From contig MRSU01011081.1 in NCBI GenBank assembly GCA_008369845.1, positions 1-37,514 on the forward strand: a stretch of DNA of 37,514 nucleotides. The letters are read 5' to 3'. A program made the translations under genes and the position numbers. The DNA is from Trichomonas gallinae. Its lineage: Eukaryota. The notes under the pieces were generated by a model. It was not told the origin of the DNA. It was given only the letters and a program-made list of their open reading frames with translations, and did no database searches. Below are positions 1 to 9,213 of the stretch, one piece after another; position 1 is the stretch's first letter, and each line of letters begins with the position of its first letter.

Positions 1-372
1 TTTTTTTTTTTTTTTGTAAAGTGTCAAAATCAATCATTATTGCAAATATATTATTAGCTATTGCATGTTGAATAAATTTATCAATTTTCCAAGCGCTGTC
101 TCGCCCGTAAAGCCAATTCAAAACTATTTTTGTATTGAGTTATTTATAATTGATTGCAAATTAGCTCACTAATAAAAATTAGAGAGCGAACGAGACAATC
201 AAGTTTTACGCGGCAATTTCAAACTTTTGAATGCGATACTTGTCAAATCCCGATCATCAACGGAGTGGTTGGAAATTTTTGCAAAATTGGAATAATAACC
301 TTCTATCAAATCCAAAATTCTTTTCCGATTTTCGATTTTTTGAAGGAAGCAGGTAATAAAACGTGACAACCG

Positions 373-380
373 TCACTTTT
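373..380 (+). promoter_or_regulatory. Initiator (Inr)-like element of the aspartic protease gene
   Basis: TCACTTTT about 20 nt upstream of ATG 394, matching the trichomonad TCAYT Inr. Confidence 0.6.
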
Positions 381-393
381 CAACAAATTTCTT

Positions 394-1497
394 ATGCTTC
401 CTTTGTTTCTTTCTTGTATCTCCTCGAAGATGATCAAGATGCCGCTGAAGAAGCGCTCTCTTTCATATGAGGAGGTTAGGAAGTCCATCAACCGCTACCG
501 CAAGCTCAATCTCGTTGATGGCGGCAGTACAGTTCCAATCCACGACATGTCCGATGCCCAATACTACACTGAGCTCACAATAGGCACACCAGCACAGAAG
601 TTTAAAGTTTGCCCAGATACAGGCTCTTCAAATCTTTGGGTTCCATCTAAGAAATGCAATTCCATCGCCTGCTGGCTCCACACACGCTACGACTCTGGCA
701 AGTCATCCACATATGAGGCTGATGGCCGCGAAGTCGACATCCAGTACGGTTCTGGCTCCTGCAAGGGTTTCGCATCTAAGGACGTTGTTTCAATCGCTGG
801 CTTCTCAGAATCAATGACATTCGCTGAAATGAAGCATGAGGGCTCCATTTCATTCATCGCTGCTAAGTTCGATGGCATCCTTGGCCTTGCATTCGAAAAT
901 ATTTCCGTTCAGCACATTCCACCGCCGCTCAAGGTCTTCTATGAGCACGGTGACATTGAGGACTACACAGTGGCCTTCAAGCTCGGTCGCACAGACGGCG
1001 AAGACGGCGAAATGACCATCGGTGGATATAATCCAGACGCTTATTCCGGCGAAATCACATGGTTCAACATCGCTAAGGAACTTTGGTGGTACTTCGAGTT
1101 CGAGGACGTCCTTGTCGATGGCGTTTCCGCTGGTGTCTGCCCGAACGGCAAATGCGGTGGTATCCTTGATACAGGCACATCCATGCTCATTGGCCCAGTC
1201 GCCTCAATGGATGTTATCATGAAGAACATCGAAATTGATGCCCGTTGCCAGAATCTTGATAAGAATCCAACAGTCTCCTTCGTTATCAACGGACACAAGT
1301 TCGATCTTACACCAGATGACTACGTTATGAAGGTTGGTGCTGCTGGCTCTTACCAGTGCATGCCAGGCATGATGGGCGCTGATCTCGTTCCATTCTTCAT
1401 CTTCGGTGATACATTCCTCCGCAAGTACTACTCCATCTACGATATGAACGTTAAGGGTGGCGTTCCACGCCTCGGCCTTGCTCTTGCAAAGTGGTAA
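394..1497 (+). CDS. Cathepsin D-like aspartic protease (peptidase A1)
   Basis: Signal peptide/propeptide, QYYTELTIGTP, catalytic DTGSSNLWV and ILDTGTS, flap YGSG, FDGILGL and GDTFLRKYYSIYD motifs; Inr-like TCACTTTT at 373-380. Confidence 0.95.
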   Translation: MLPLFLSCISSKMIKMPLKKRSLSYEEVRKSINRYRKLNLVDGGSTVPIHDMSDAQYYTELTIGTPAQKFKVCPDTGSSNLWVPSKKCNSIACWLHTRYDSGKSSTYEADGREVDIQYGSGSCKGFASKDVVSIAGFSESMTFAEMKHEGSISFIAAKFDGILGLAFENISVQHIPPPLKVFYEHGDIEDYTVAFKLGRTDGEDGEMTIGGYNPDAYSGEITWFNIAKELWWYFEFEDVLVDGVSAGVCPNGKCGGILDTGTSMLIGPVASMDVIMKNIEIDARCQNLDKNPTVSFVINGHKFDLTPDDYVMKVGAAGSYQCMPGMMGADLVPFFIFGDTFLRKYYSIYDMNVKGGVPRLGLALAKW

Positions 1498-1743
1498 AAA
1501 TGGTTTTTTTGAATAATTTTCACTCGAAAAGTACTAATATATTTACAGATTTATCAATAAGTTCTTATATCTCTACAAAGCTTATTGACAAAGTTTTGGG
1601 GAGGAAAAAAAATCATACAATTTTGCCAAAAGCTGTCTAAGAAGCTTAATCAAGCTCCTAAACTCTTAAAAGTATCTGTACATATTAATATCTAGCTGAA
1701 TATAAGAAATAATAGTAAATAATTAAAATTTATAAAATATATT

Positions 1744-1850
1744 TAGTTGGCTTGATGAGATTGTAGTAGAGGCCTTGCTTGGTGATTAACTCTTCGTGTT
1801 CCTCTCTCCTTGATCTTGCCGGCATCAGAACAGTCGATAACATCAGTGTC
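1744..1850 (-). pseudogene. Relic of an ABC transporter (ABCB/MDR type) C-terminus
   Basis: Minus strand reads DVIDCSDAGKIKERGT, then after a frameshift EELITKQGLYYNLIK. This matches the ABCB tail pattern D.I.V...G.I.E.GTHEEL....GLY..L. Confidence 0.7.
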
Positions 1851-2207
1851 GCTTCTCATACAACAATTAACTGCGATTTCATGTGCAAAGCCTTGAAGAT
1901 ACCAATATACAGATTATGACATCATAAGAATAATATTATAACATTTTCATTATAAAATATTGGTCTCTTTAAACTCAACTCTAAAACATCATGATAATAT
2001 AGTATTTAACACATGACTGACACACATAATCAAGCTAAACATTCAATTCAGGAATTATAGCATTAAGTGCTTGTTTTGATTTACCAAATAAGTAGTCATG
2101 AACTGTCAACGAGTGCAACAATACAGATGCCGTTATTAGTCATAACAGTTGTTTAATCATTACATAAGAAACTCAATAAAAATGTAAAAATTGTCACCTT
2201 TTTATTA

Positions 2208-2846
2208 ATGATTTTCCTTTTTCTCGAAAATTTTCTGAGTGACGCAAAATCGATCCTAAAGACGACATATCCACAAGGAATGGTTGAATATTGGATTTCT
2301 GGCTCTTCAATGCAATATATCAATAACACGAAACAAAGAACAAAGCCCGAGTACGCATTTGATCAAGTTGATAAGAAATACGATTGGTGTACTAACATTG
2401 GGAACAGTAATACTGACTTCCCATGGATAATTTTCAGTATCAAAAATCATAAGATGAAATTATCTGGATATACGCTGAGATCTGGGTGTTGCCAATCAGG
2501 GTGCTGCTGCGAAACCGAAAAATACTGCATCGAATGCTATTTATTCAGTTGGTCTTTTCAAATTTCGAATGATAACGAAACTTGGGTAGAAATACATAAA
2601 GGTGACAAGGAGTACGAAATGACTCGCTGCAAAGAGAAAACTTTCATGCTCAACTACCCTCAAACCGCCAAATACGCAAGGATTATACAGACAGGAACAT
2701 GTTATGGCGATCCACCTTGTTTCGCATTGAACAAAATCGAGCTCATCGGTGAACTCGAAAGACATAAGTCCCCTGAAGAAAAACTTGTCGAGCCCGATGA
2801 TGAAGATATCAGTATCATTGGGTATATCTCGAGAAATAAGATATGA
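2208..2846 (+). CDS. F5/8 type C / galactose-binding-domain-like protein (trichomonad family)
   Basis: W-CT, PWIIFS, GYTLRSG, SWSFQISNDNETW and ARIIQTG...LNKIELIG discoidin-like pattern; TCACCTTTTT upstream of the ATG. Confidence 0.75.
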   Translation: MIFLFLENFLSDAKSILKTTYPQGMVEYWISGSSMQYINNTKQRTKPEYAFDQVDKKYDWCTNIGNSNTDFPWIIFSIKNHKMKLSGYTLRSGCCQSGCCCETEKYCIECYLFSWSFQISNDNETWVEIHKGDKEYEMTRCKEKTFMLNYPQTAKYARIIQTGTCYGDPPCFALNKIELIGELERHKSPEEKLVEPDDEDISIIGYISRNKI

Positions 2847-2936
2847 TGTTCAAAAATCAGTATTTTTGTTCATTTGAATAAGAGCTCTCAAAAGTCATTA
2901 TTTTTGTGAAGAGCAACGAAAACGAAAAATTCAATA

Positions 2937-3020
2937 GTTTCATTTTTGCAAAAAGTGACATTTGAAGGGTTTCATTTTTGCAAAAAGTGACGCTCCTCGG
3001 ATGTCACTTTTTGCAAAATG
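2937..3020. repeat. 23-bp direct repeat plus inverted copy built on AAAAAGTGAC
   Basis: GTTTCATTTTTGCAAAAAGTGAC at 2937-2959 and 2969-2991; GTCACTTTTTGCAAAA at 3003-3018 is the perfect reverse complement of 2976-2991. Confidence 0.9.
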
Positions 3021-4411
3021 GTAATTTTGGCAAATATAATTTACAAATCTTGCTATTTTGGCAAGAATTCTGGAATTTACATGATATGTTGGCAAAATAT
3101 TATTCATTACATGGCAAATTTTGGGATCCATTTGGGTATATAGGATAATATTCGAGCTATTATTTTAGACTTTTTAATTAGCCAACTTCCGTAGGTCATA
3201 AGTATTGCAAGTCATGATATTTTCTTGGATTTTCATATCCACAGTAATGCAAAGTATTTAAAGGATAAACATGTGCTATAATAGTTTGAGCAATGAGAAT
3301 TTTCATTTTTATTTTTTGTAAATCTATTTTAGTCAATGCTTTATTTACTATTCCACTCTCATTGTATATCTGTAGAATATACTTATCCTGGCCTCGTTTT
3401 GATGTAATCACTTTGGAAGTAGTCGAGAAATAAAATGATCAATTAAATAGTTTATTAAATCCTTATAAAACTTTGAAACATATCACCTGCATTCATAAGC
3501 GATGGATTTAAACGCAGCAAAATTGATATGTAGACTACATTAATTTTGTGTCCAAATTTGCATCGATAATAACTAATGCTATTTGTTGGCATGAAAATAG
3601 TCGTTTCCATCATCATCCTAAAGATTGAAAAATTTTCAGAATTCAATAAAACCATATAATAAATATTTACGGCTAATGTATTTGCTGACTAAATTCTTAA
3701 ATTTGAAAATCAAGACGACAAAAAAAAATTGCAAAATCCCTCTTTCAATTTAAACTCCTCTTTTAACGATGAAATATTAGCTTATGCATGCTATAGATAC
3801 ATTATATATTTTGTTACATGGTCACTTCAAAATTGATTTTGAATTAATTTTTCATCGTAAACAAGTCTTTTACTTATTTCTGCAGAAGCACATGATATAG
3901 TTCCAAAATTAAGTTGATTTCTGCTATTAAGAGCTTCTTAATCTTCAATTATATAGAAATAATTGAATTGATTTTAAAAAACAATTCCTAAACTTATTTA
4001 AAGTAGAAATCTATGTATATAACATTTTCTACACACTTTTTATGCTATTTTTAATTTTAATTAATTTTTTGCTTTTTTTTCTTTATTATAAAAAGTCGAC
4101 GTTGCTGCGCCAAAACATAATAAAAACACTCTTTAACTTCTTTACATATGTTTTATATAACCAAATCTATCGATATAAATTTTAAGAAAATTTCTGAATT
4201 ATCACAAAAAAAGCTTTGAGATCTCATAAATATTAAAGCATAGATGTGCCAAAATATTGAACAGCATAATTCAAGGAAGATTTTGTGCCAATTATCGTTT
4301 TTTGCTAAAATTCAAAATCATGATTCTCTCATGATTAGTAACAACTTCGAAAAAATTGGAAATTTTATTATTACACTTTTCTTATCAATTTTGAGATGAA
4401 TTTAAATCATA

Positions 4412-4885
4412 ATGCCAAGAAAGAAACAGAAGCAAAAGAACGCGCATGTGGTGCGCAAGTTTCTCACGAAAGAGCTGAAGCAACAAATTATTGATTCCTT
4501 TAATAACGGCGAAACAATTGAACAAATAGCTGAGAAAATACAACATAGCAAACGTCAAGTTAAGGACTTTATTAACAACTATCAATCAAACAAGGAAAAT
4601 GTTTTCACGAGAGAGGAAGATACAAAAATTTTGGAAATGCTCAAACAAGGAATAACGTCTGAAAGCTTTATTGCCAAAAGCCTTCCAGGTAAAAGGTCAT
4701 GGATGGTCAGAAATAGAATCAAATACCATATGAGACGGCACAGCAGCATCAAACACATAAATATTGATTTTACTGTGAACTGTATGCATGCAAATGAAAA
4801 GCTAGACATACCAAACTTTGAATATGATAACCAATACAATAGCATTGATAACTACTTTACTGATTTCTCACTAGACTTCTTCTAG
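4412..4885 (+). CDS. HTH/Myb-like DNA-binding protein
   Basis: FTREEDTKIL...IAKSLPGKRSWMVRNR Myb repeat preceded by an HTH-like segment. Confidence 0.7.
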   Translation: MPRKKQKQKNAHVVRKFLTKELKQQIIDSFNNGETIEQIAEKIQHSKRQVKDFINNYQSNKENVFTREEDTKILEMLKQGITSESFIAKSLPGKRSWMVRNRIKYHMRRHSSIKHINIDFTVNCMHANEKLDIPNFEYDNQYNSIDNYFTDFSLDFF

Positions 4886-4999
4886 TGAATTGTAAGTAAA
4901 GTTTGAGCTGTTTTAATATAAAAATTGACAACTTTACTCCTCTCTTCAACTTCTTTCCTTTTTTGATTAATTGTGCAATTGATCAGTCAATTTTATTCA

Positions 5000-5706
5000 T
5001 GGATCTTCGTACACAGCTGCATATTATGCTCAAAATTTCACCAATATGAGGCTCTTGAGGTCACTTTATTAAATATGAGAAGTCAGAAACATGCATATTC
5101 GTATTCGCGAAAACCTCATCGAAATCAAAAATTATTACATTCAGAAAAGCAATGAAGCGCAATGAAAACAGACCTAGATGAGCTCATTAAAATTGTGCTC
5201 ATTGTGCTCAATCATTAACACATCGGCAGCGTCCAGTTGAAGAAACAATAAACATCAAAAATGCATTGCCAAGTGTTGATACTAGAATTACGTCGAACCT
5301 TGATTACTCAAGCTTCGAGTGAGCACATTGATTGGCCAATATTTATAACACCTTATCCAGGATATTAGCTTTATGTTAAGTGCAGAGATATCTATAACAT
5401 TTTGCTATCTCTAAAGAATGCGACACTGGTGAAGCAGCAAATAAAATCACATAGAATCTCAGCAAAGTCGCGGAAGGATTTGATGATGTTAATTAATTTC
5501 AGGACATATTCAAGCAACTGAGAGATAATTTCAAGCAAAAAAAGGACATAATCAGGCAACAAGGAGACAATATCTACAGAAACAATAATATGATGTCGTT
5601 GATTCAGCGTAGTTGCTGTCAAAAGAGTTGGTGCATAAACCTGCTCAAATGCCTTGGATTGACTTGTGATGTAGACTTCCCAAGTCAAAACAATGATAGG
5701 ACATGA
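5000..5706 (+). pseudogene. Decayed protein-coding gene of unknown family
   Basis: Protein-like frame NIYNTLSRILALC*VQRYL*HFAISKECDTGEAANKIT*NLSKVAEGFDDVN*FQDIFKQLRDNFKQKK...NNDRT* with in-frame stops and upstream frameshifts. Confidence 0.4.
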
Positions 5707-5761
5707 AATTTGTAATAGTTATTTTTATTTCTTCATAGTCTGTTGAAACTTGCTATAATAA

Positions 5762-6400
5762 TCATGAAATAAAATTCTTTGGAATTTTGAAAATTCTCTT
5801 TTTTGGATCGTCACTTATAAATTGCACATATATGTCACGTGCACTTTGGTGCCTTTTTGCAACTTTGGTATTAATTTCCAAGCGTTCATGTTTTCCGTCA
5901 AAATTGTGTCTGTGAATGATTCCAGCACGAACAAATGTTAAGAACTTGTTAATAATTATGCATGCTTTATGATTGTACAATCATGAAAAAGACGCTTTTA
6001 AAGCTTCACAAGGAAATTATTATATTACAAATTGCAACTAAATCAAGCAAACAAGCTTTGGAGCAGTGAAAATTTGTACTAGAACAGATTCTATTCTTCT
6101 CATTGAAGATACTGCGTTTTCTGAATGTTCTAAAACTTTGGGATTTGGATGGTCATTATTATTCGATAGCTTGGGCCAATTCGCTCAAGTTCATACATGC
6201 TATTACATGCCTAAGAACTCCAAGTATGGAACTTCTTTCTGCGTCAAAATCCCAAGCAGCGTTGACAACAGGTTCAATATAAACTTATCATCAATCTTTA
6301 GGAGTCGGCAATGTTACTGATTTTGTTGACACAGGACGAGAAATTTCTTCTAATATTAATTCTTCTTATAACAAAGCTCTCTCTTTATCTGCATATTGTC
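5762..6400 (-). pseudogene. Decayed protein-coding gene of unknown family
   Basis: Coding-like composition; fragments YADKERALL*EELILEEISRP, VYIEPVVNAAWDFDAERSSILGVLRHVIACMNLSELAQAIE and the 5762-5980 ORF, broken by stops. Confidence 0.3.
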
Positions 6401-6873
6401 ATAGTTCATATGAAACAATAGATACAAAAATGATACTAAGTTTATATAGAAACAACACCCAAAATTCATTTTCTATATTTGCTTTTGGTACAACCAAATA
6501 ATCAAATCTTGAATCTATTCATTCATTAAATTCCATTTTATTCCACTAGGAAATGCCAAATGAAGTATGTTTTTATTATAAAAAAAATGAAACAAGAAGG
6601 TACAAAAATAATAACAAATAACCTCAAATATTTGATATTTTTAATACCATCTTAATTGATTAATAATTGTTCATCATGTGAGATATATCCAGCAATTTAT
6701 TACTGACAGTCTTATTGAAAGTGATGTATTCATAATGATAAATGAGAGAATCCTAATCCTTTTTCCATCTCCTACCTAATCAATTTTTCAACATTTTCAT
6801 AAATGAAAATTATCTGGAACACTAGTTTGAGAACATAAGAAAAGACTAAATGTTGATTTTTAATTGTAATCTT

Positions 6874-7078
6874 GATATAATTGTGCAAAGGAGTGATATT
6901 TTAAATTTGATTTTTCGATGAAATGTTGTCAAAATTGAAATAGACAAATGTCACAGATATTATCATGAGAGAGAGTCCGAACAGCGCATATTCCTTGGCA
7001 AGCAAGAGAAAAGTCAAGGAATAGATATAATTGTGCTAATCAGTGTTATTTTGATTTTTTGATGAAATGTTGTCAAAA
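6874..7078. repeat. Imperfect ~60-bp direct repeat
   Basis: GATATAATTGTGC...TTTGATTTTT(C/T)GATGAAATGTTGTCAAAA at 6874-6934 and 7024-7078. Confidence 0.8.
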
Positions 7079-7097
7079 ATTATACCCAAGATATACT

Positions 7098-8672
7098 ATG
7101 GAGCCCCCTAATTAAAAAAGTGACAAAATCGCTTTGCAAGAAAATTCATCTTCATCAGTCAAAATAGAGCAAAATGAAGAGCAAAAACCTCAAAATCTAG
7201 CGCCAAACACCAAGCAAAACGAAGTTACTAATGATGGAAATCAAATTTCCGAAATCAAGCAAATAATTCAACGATTTATTTCATTTGTTAACTCGAGTTA
7301 TGAAGGAAATGCTAGAGTTGTTAAATCATTGTGGTTTGTTCTTTCATTATTCTTAGAAAATTTAATAGCATTTAATTTATTCGAATATTCAGTACTATCA
7401 TTAACACTACCTGAGCATAAAAGTACTGTTATTTCATTGCTCAATCCTTTTAAGCAACTTGCTACACAAAATAAATTTATTCGCCGATCAAAGTTTCCTG
7501 CTGTTTCTAAGGATAGTATTCCGATACCAATCATCCAACTTATCATTGTTGGACAGATATTTTTCAAAGATATCGAAAGTTTTGATAGTTTTCTTAAAGC
7601 TTTAAGATTATTTTCGCGCTCTGCGATTTCTGAACGCCAAGCCCTTGAGTGGTGCTCAAGTTTACTCCCAGAATTTTCAAAATTCATGTATTACTCAATA
7701 ATAGAAGAAAGAAAAGAAAGTTTAGATCCAGCATTTATATATAAATACTTCAATGCTTTACCACCGAAGGTTAAAACGCTAGTATTTTCTCCTACACTTG
7801 AAAAATCCTTCCAAAACTATCAAGAAGAATCAACAATTTCAATTTACGAGGATTTACTTGCTTATTCGCAGGCACCTCCTGATGATAGATTGTCTCAACT
7901 CAAATTGGAAATCACTGAAGTTCGTAGTTCAGCTTTTTACACTGCTTATGTTGATAATTTAACGTTTACTGACACACCAACTAAAGCAATGATTTCTGTC
8001 TCCAATTCATTGTATAGAAATGAACAGCAGAATATATTTGGCTCTAGTATATTTGGTGAAAGATGCAAACAAGTTGGACAAAAAGAACATTTAGTTTATC
8101 TTGAGCAATTTCAAAATCATTTAGCTAACTTGAGTCCATTCGATGCAGAATATCGCTCCTCTTACATTAAAATGCACAGTTGCAAGACTCAAGAATTGAC
8201 ATTATTCTATAATGGTTTTAAAGCTGAAATAACACCGGAATTCGGTGTTATTTTGGATAATCTCGCTGAATTCGGTGAGAATGTTGAAGGAATAACAGAA
8301 GAAATTAATAGAATTAAACTTTTTAAAGATGAAAAGTTTTATTCATCTGTTAGATATGCATCAGTTTACATGTTGATGTCGCAACTCCAAAATCTTTTAA
8401 GGGAAAACGTTTCTACAATTTTACCAAAATTAGTTTCTGCAATGAAAACAGAGCAGCCGCCTTATGCTTCATTTGGTGAGTGCGAAATTGCTAATGCAGA
8501 CGTAATTGTTATGGGTATAATGAAATCAATCAAACATTTTAATGATAGATTCCAAAAATATGGAACAGCATGTAGAAACTTGAAAAATAGAATGTTCGCA
8601 AAGGTTGTCATAGAAAGCAATACAGTATCAATTTCACTTGTTGAAAATTTAATTGTTGAAAATAATAAATAA
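7098..8672 (+). CDS. Divergent Sin3-like (PAH domain) protein with in-frame TAA at codon 6 (possible recent pseudogene)
   Basis: 512-codon open frame from 7134. In-frame ATG at 7098 gives MEPPN*KSDKIALQEN. PAH-like FDSFLKALRLFSRSAISERQ and HID-like LLRENVSTILPKLV segments. The family call is tentative. Confidence 0.5.
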
Positions 8673-9009
8673 TAGATTTTTGATTTAATGTCAACTAATT
8701 AGCAGGATATTATCATCATGAAACAGATACAATAACTCAAATCTCAAAATACTCGAATTCAAATTAAAATTGATAAGATTAAAAGAGATTTTGTTGTAAT
8801 TGTCTATATTTATTAAGCTTCCCTTCTCACAATTATGATTATTTGTTGTATTGAGAATTATTGATATTTTTGAATTAAAATGTTGGCTATCACTCTGTCC
8901 TCATCGTTATTTCAAGACGATGGGATGAATCATGAAGCCTGTGGATGTTGGATTCATGAATTACTGTTTTGCATCTCACAAAATCAGGTCATCAAAATTC
9001 CAATTGATT

Positions 9010-9184
9010 TTTACGTGTCATAATAACTATTTACATGACAAAACAATTGAATTTAATTTTTGACATATAAATAAATGTCAAAAAAATATTTCAATAATTT
9101 AATTTACATGACAAATCAATTGAATTATTTTTGACATGTAAATTATTGTCAGATTTCTGCTTCTGAAAATTAATTTACGTGACA
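9010..9184. promoter_or_regulatory. Cluster of six TTTAYNTGNCA motifs upstream of the TPR gene
   Basis: Forward copies at 9010, 9030, 9103 and 9174; reverse copies at 9061 and 9132. Confidence 0.6.
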
Positions 9185-9213
9185 AAAATAACACAATTTA
9201 GTCAAAATAATAA

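Noticed and set aside
1..15. Poly-T tract at the window start
   Set aside because: Truncated by the window edge; cannot distinguish a homopolymer, contig end or retroposed tail.
3196..3655. FLYWCH/MULE transposase-like words (SKRG, SYYRCK) in short minus-strand ORFs
   Set aside because: Too short, in the wrong order and without terminal inverted repeats or a DDE domain.
5377..7115. TAA/TAG reassignment to Gln suggested by in-frame stops
   Set aside because: Conserved genes here (transketolase, enolase, ERD2, protease) end with TAA and contain no internal TAR codons.
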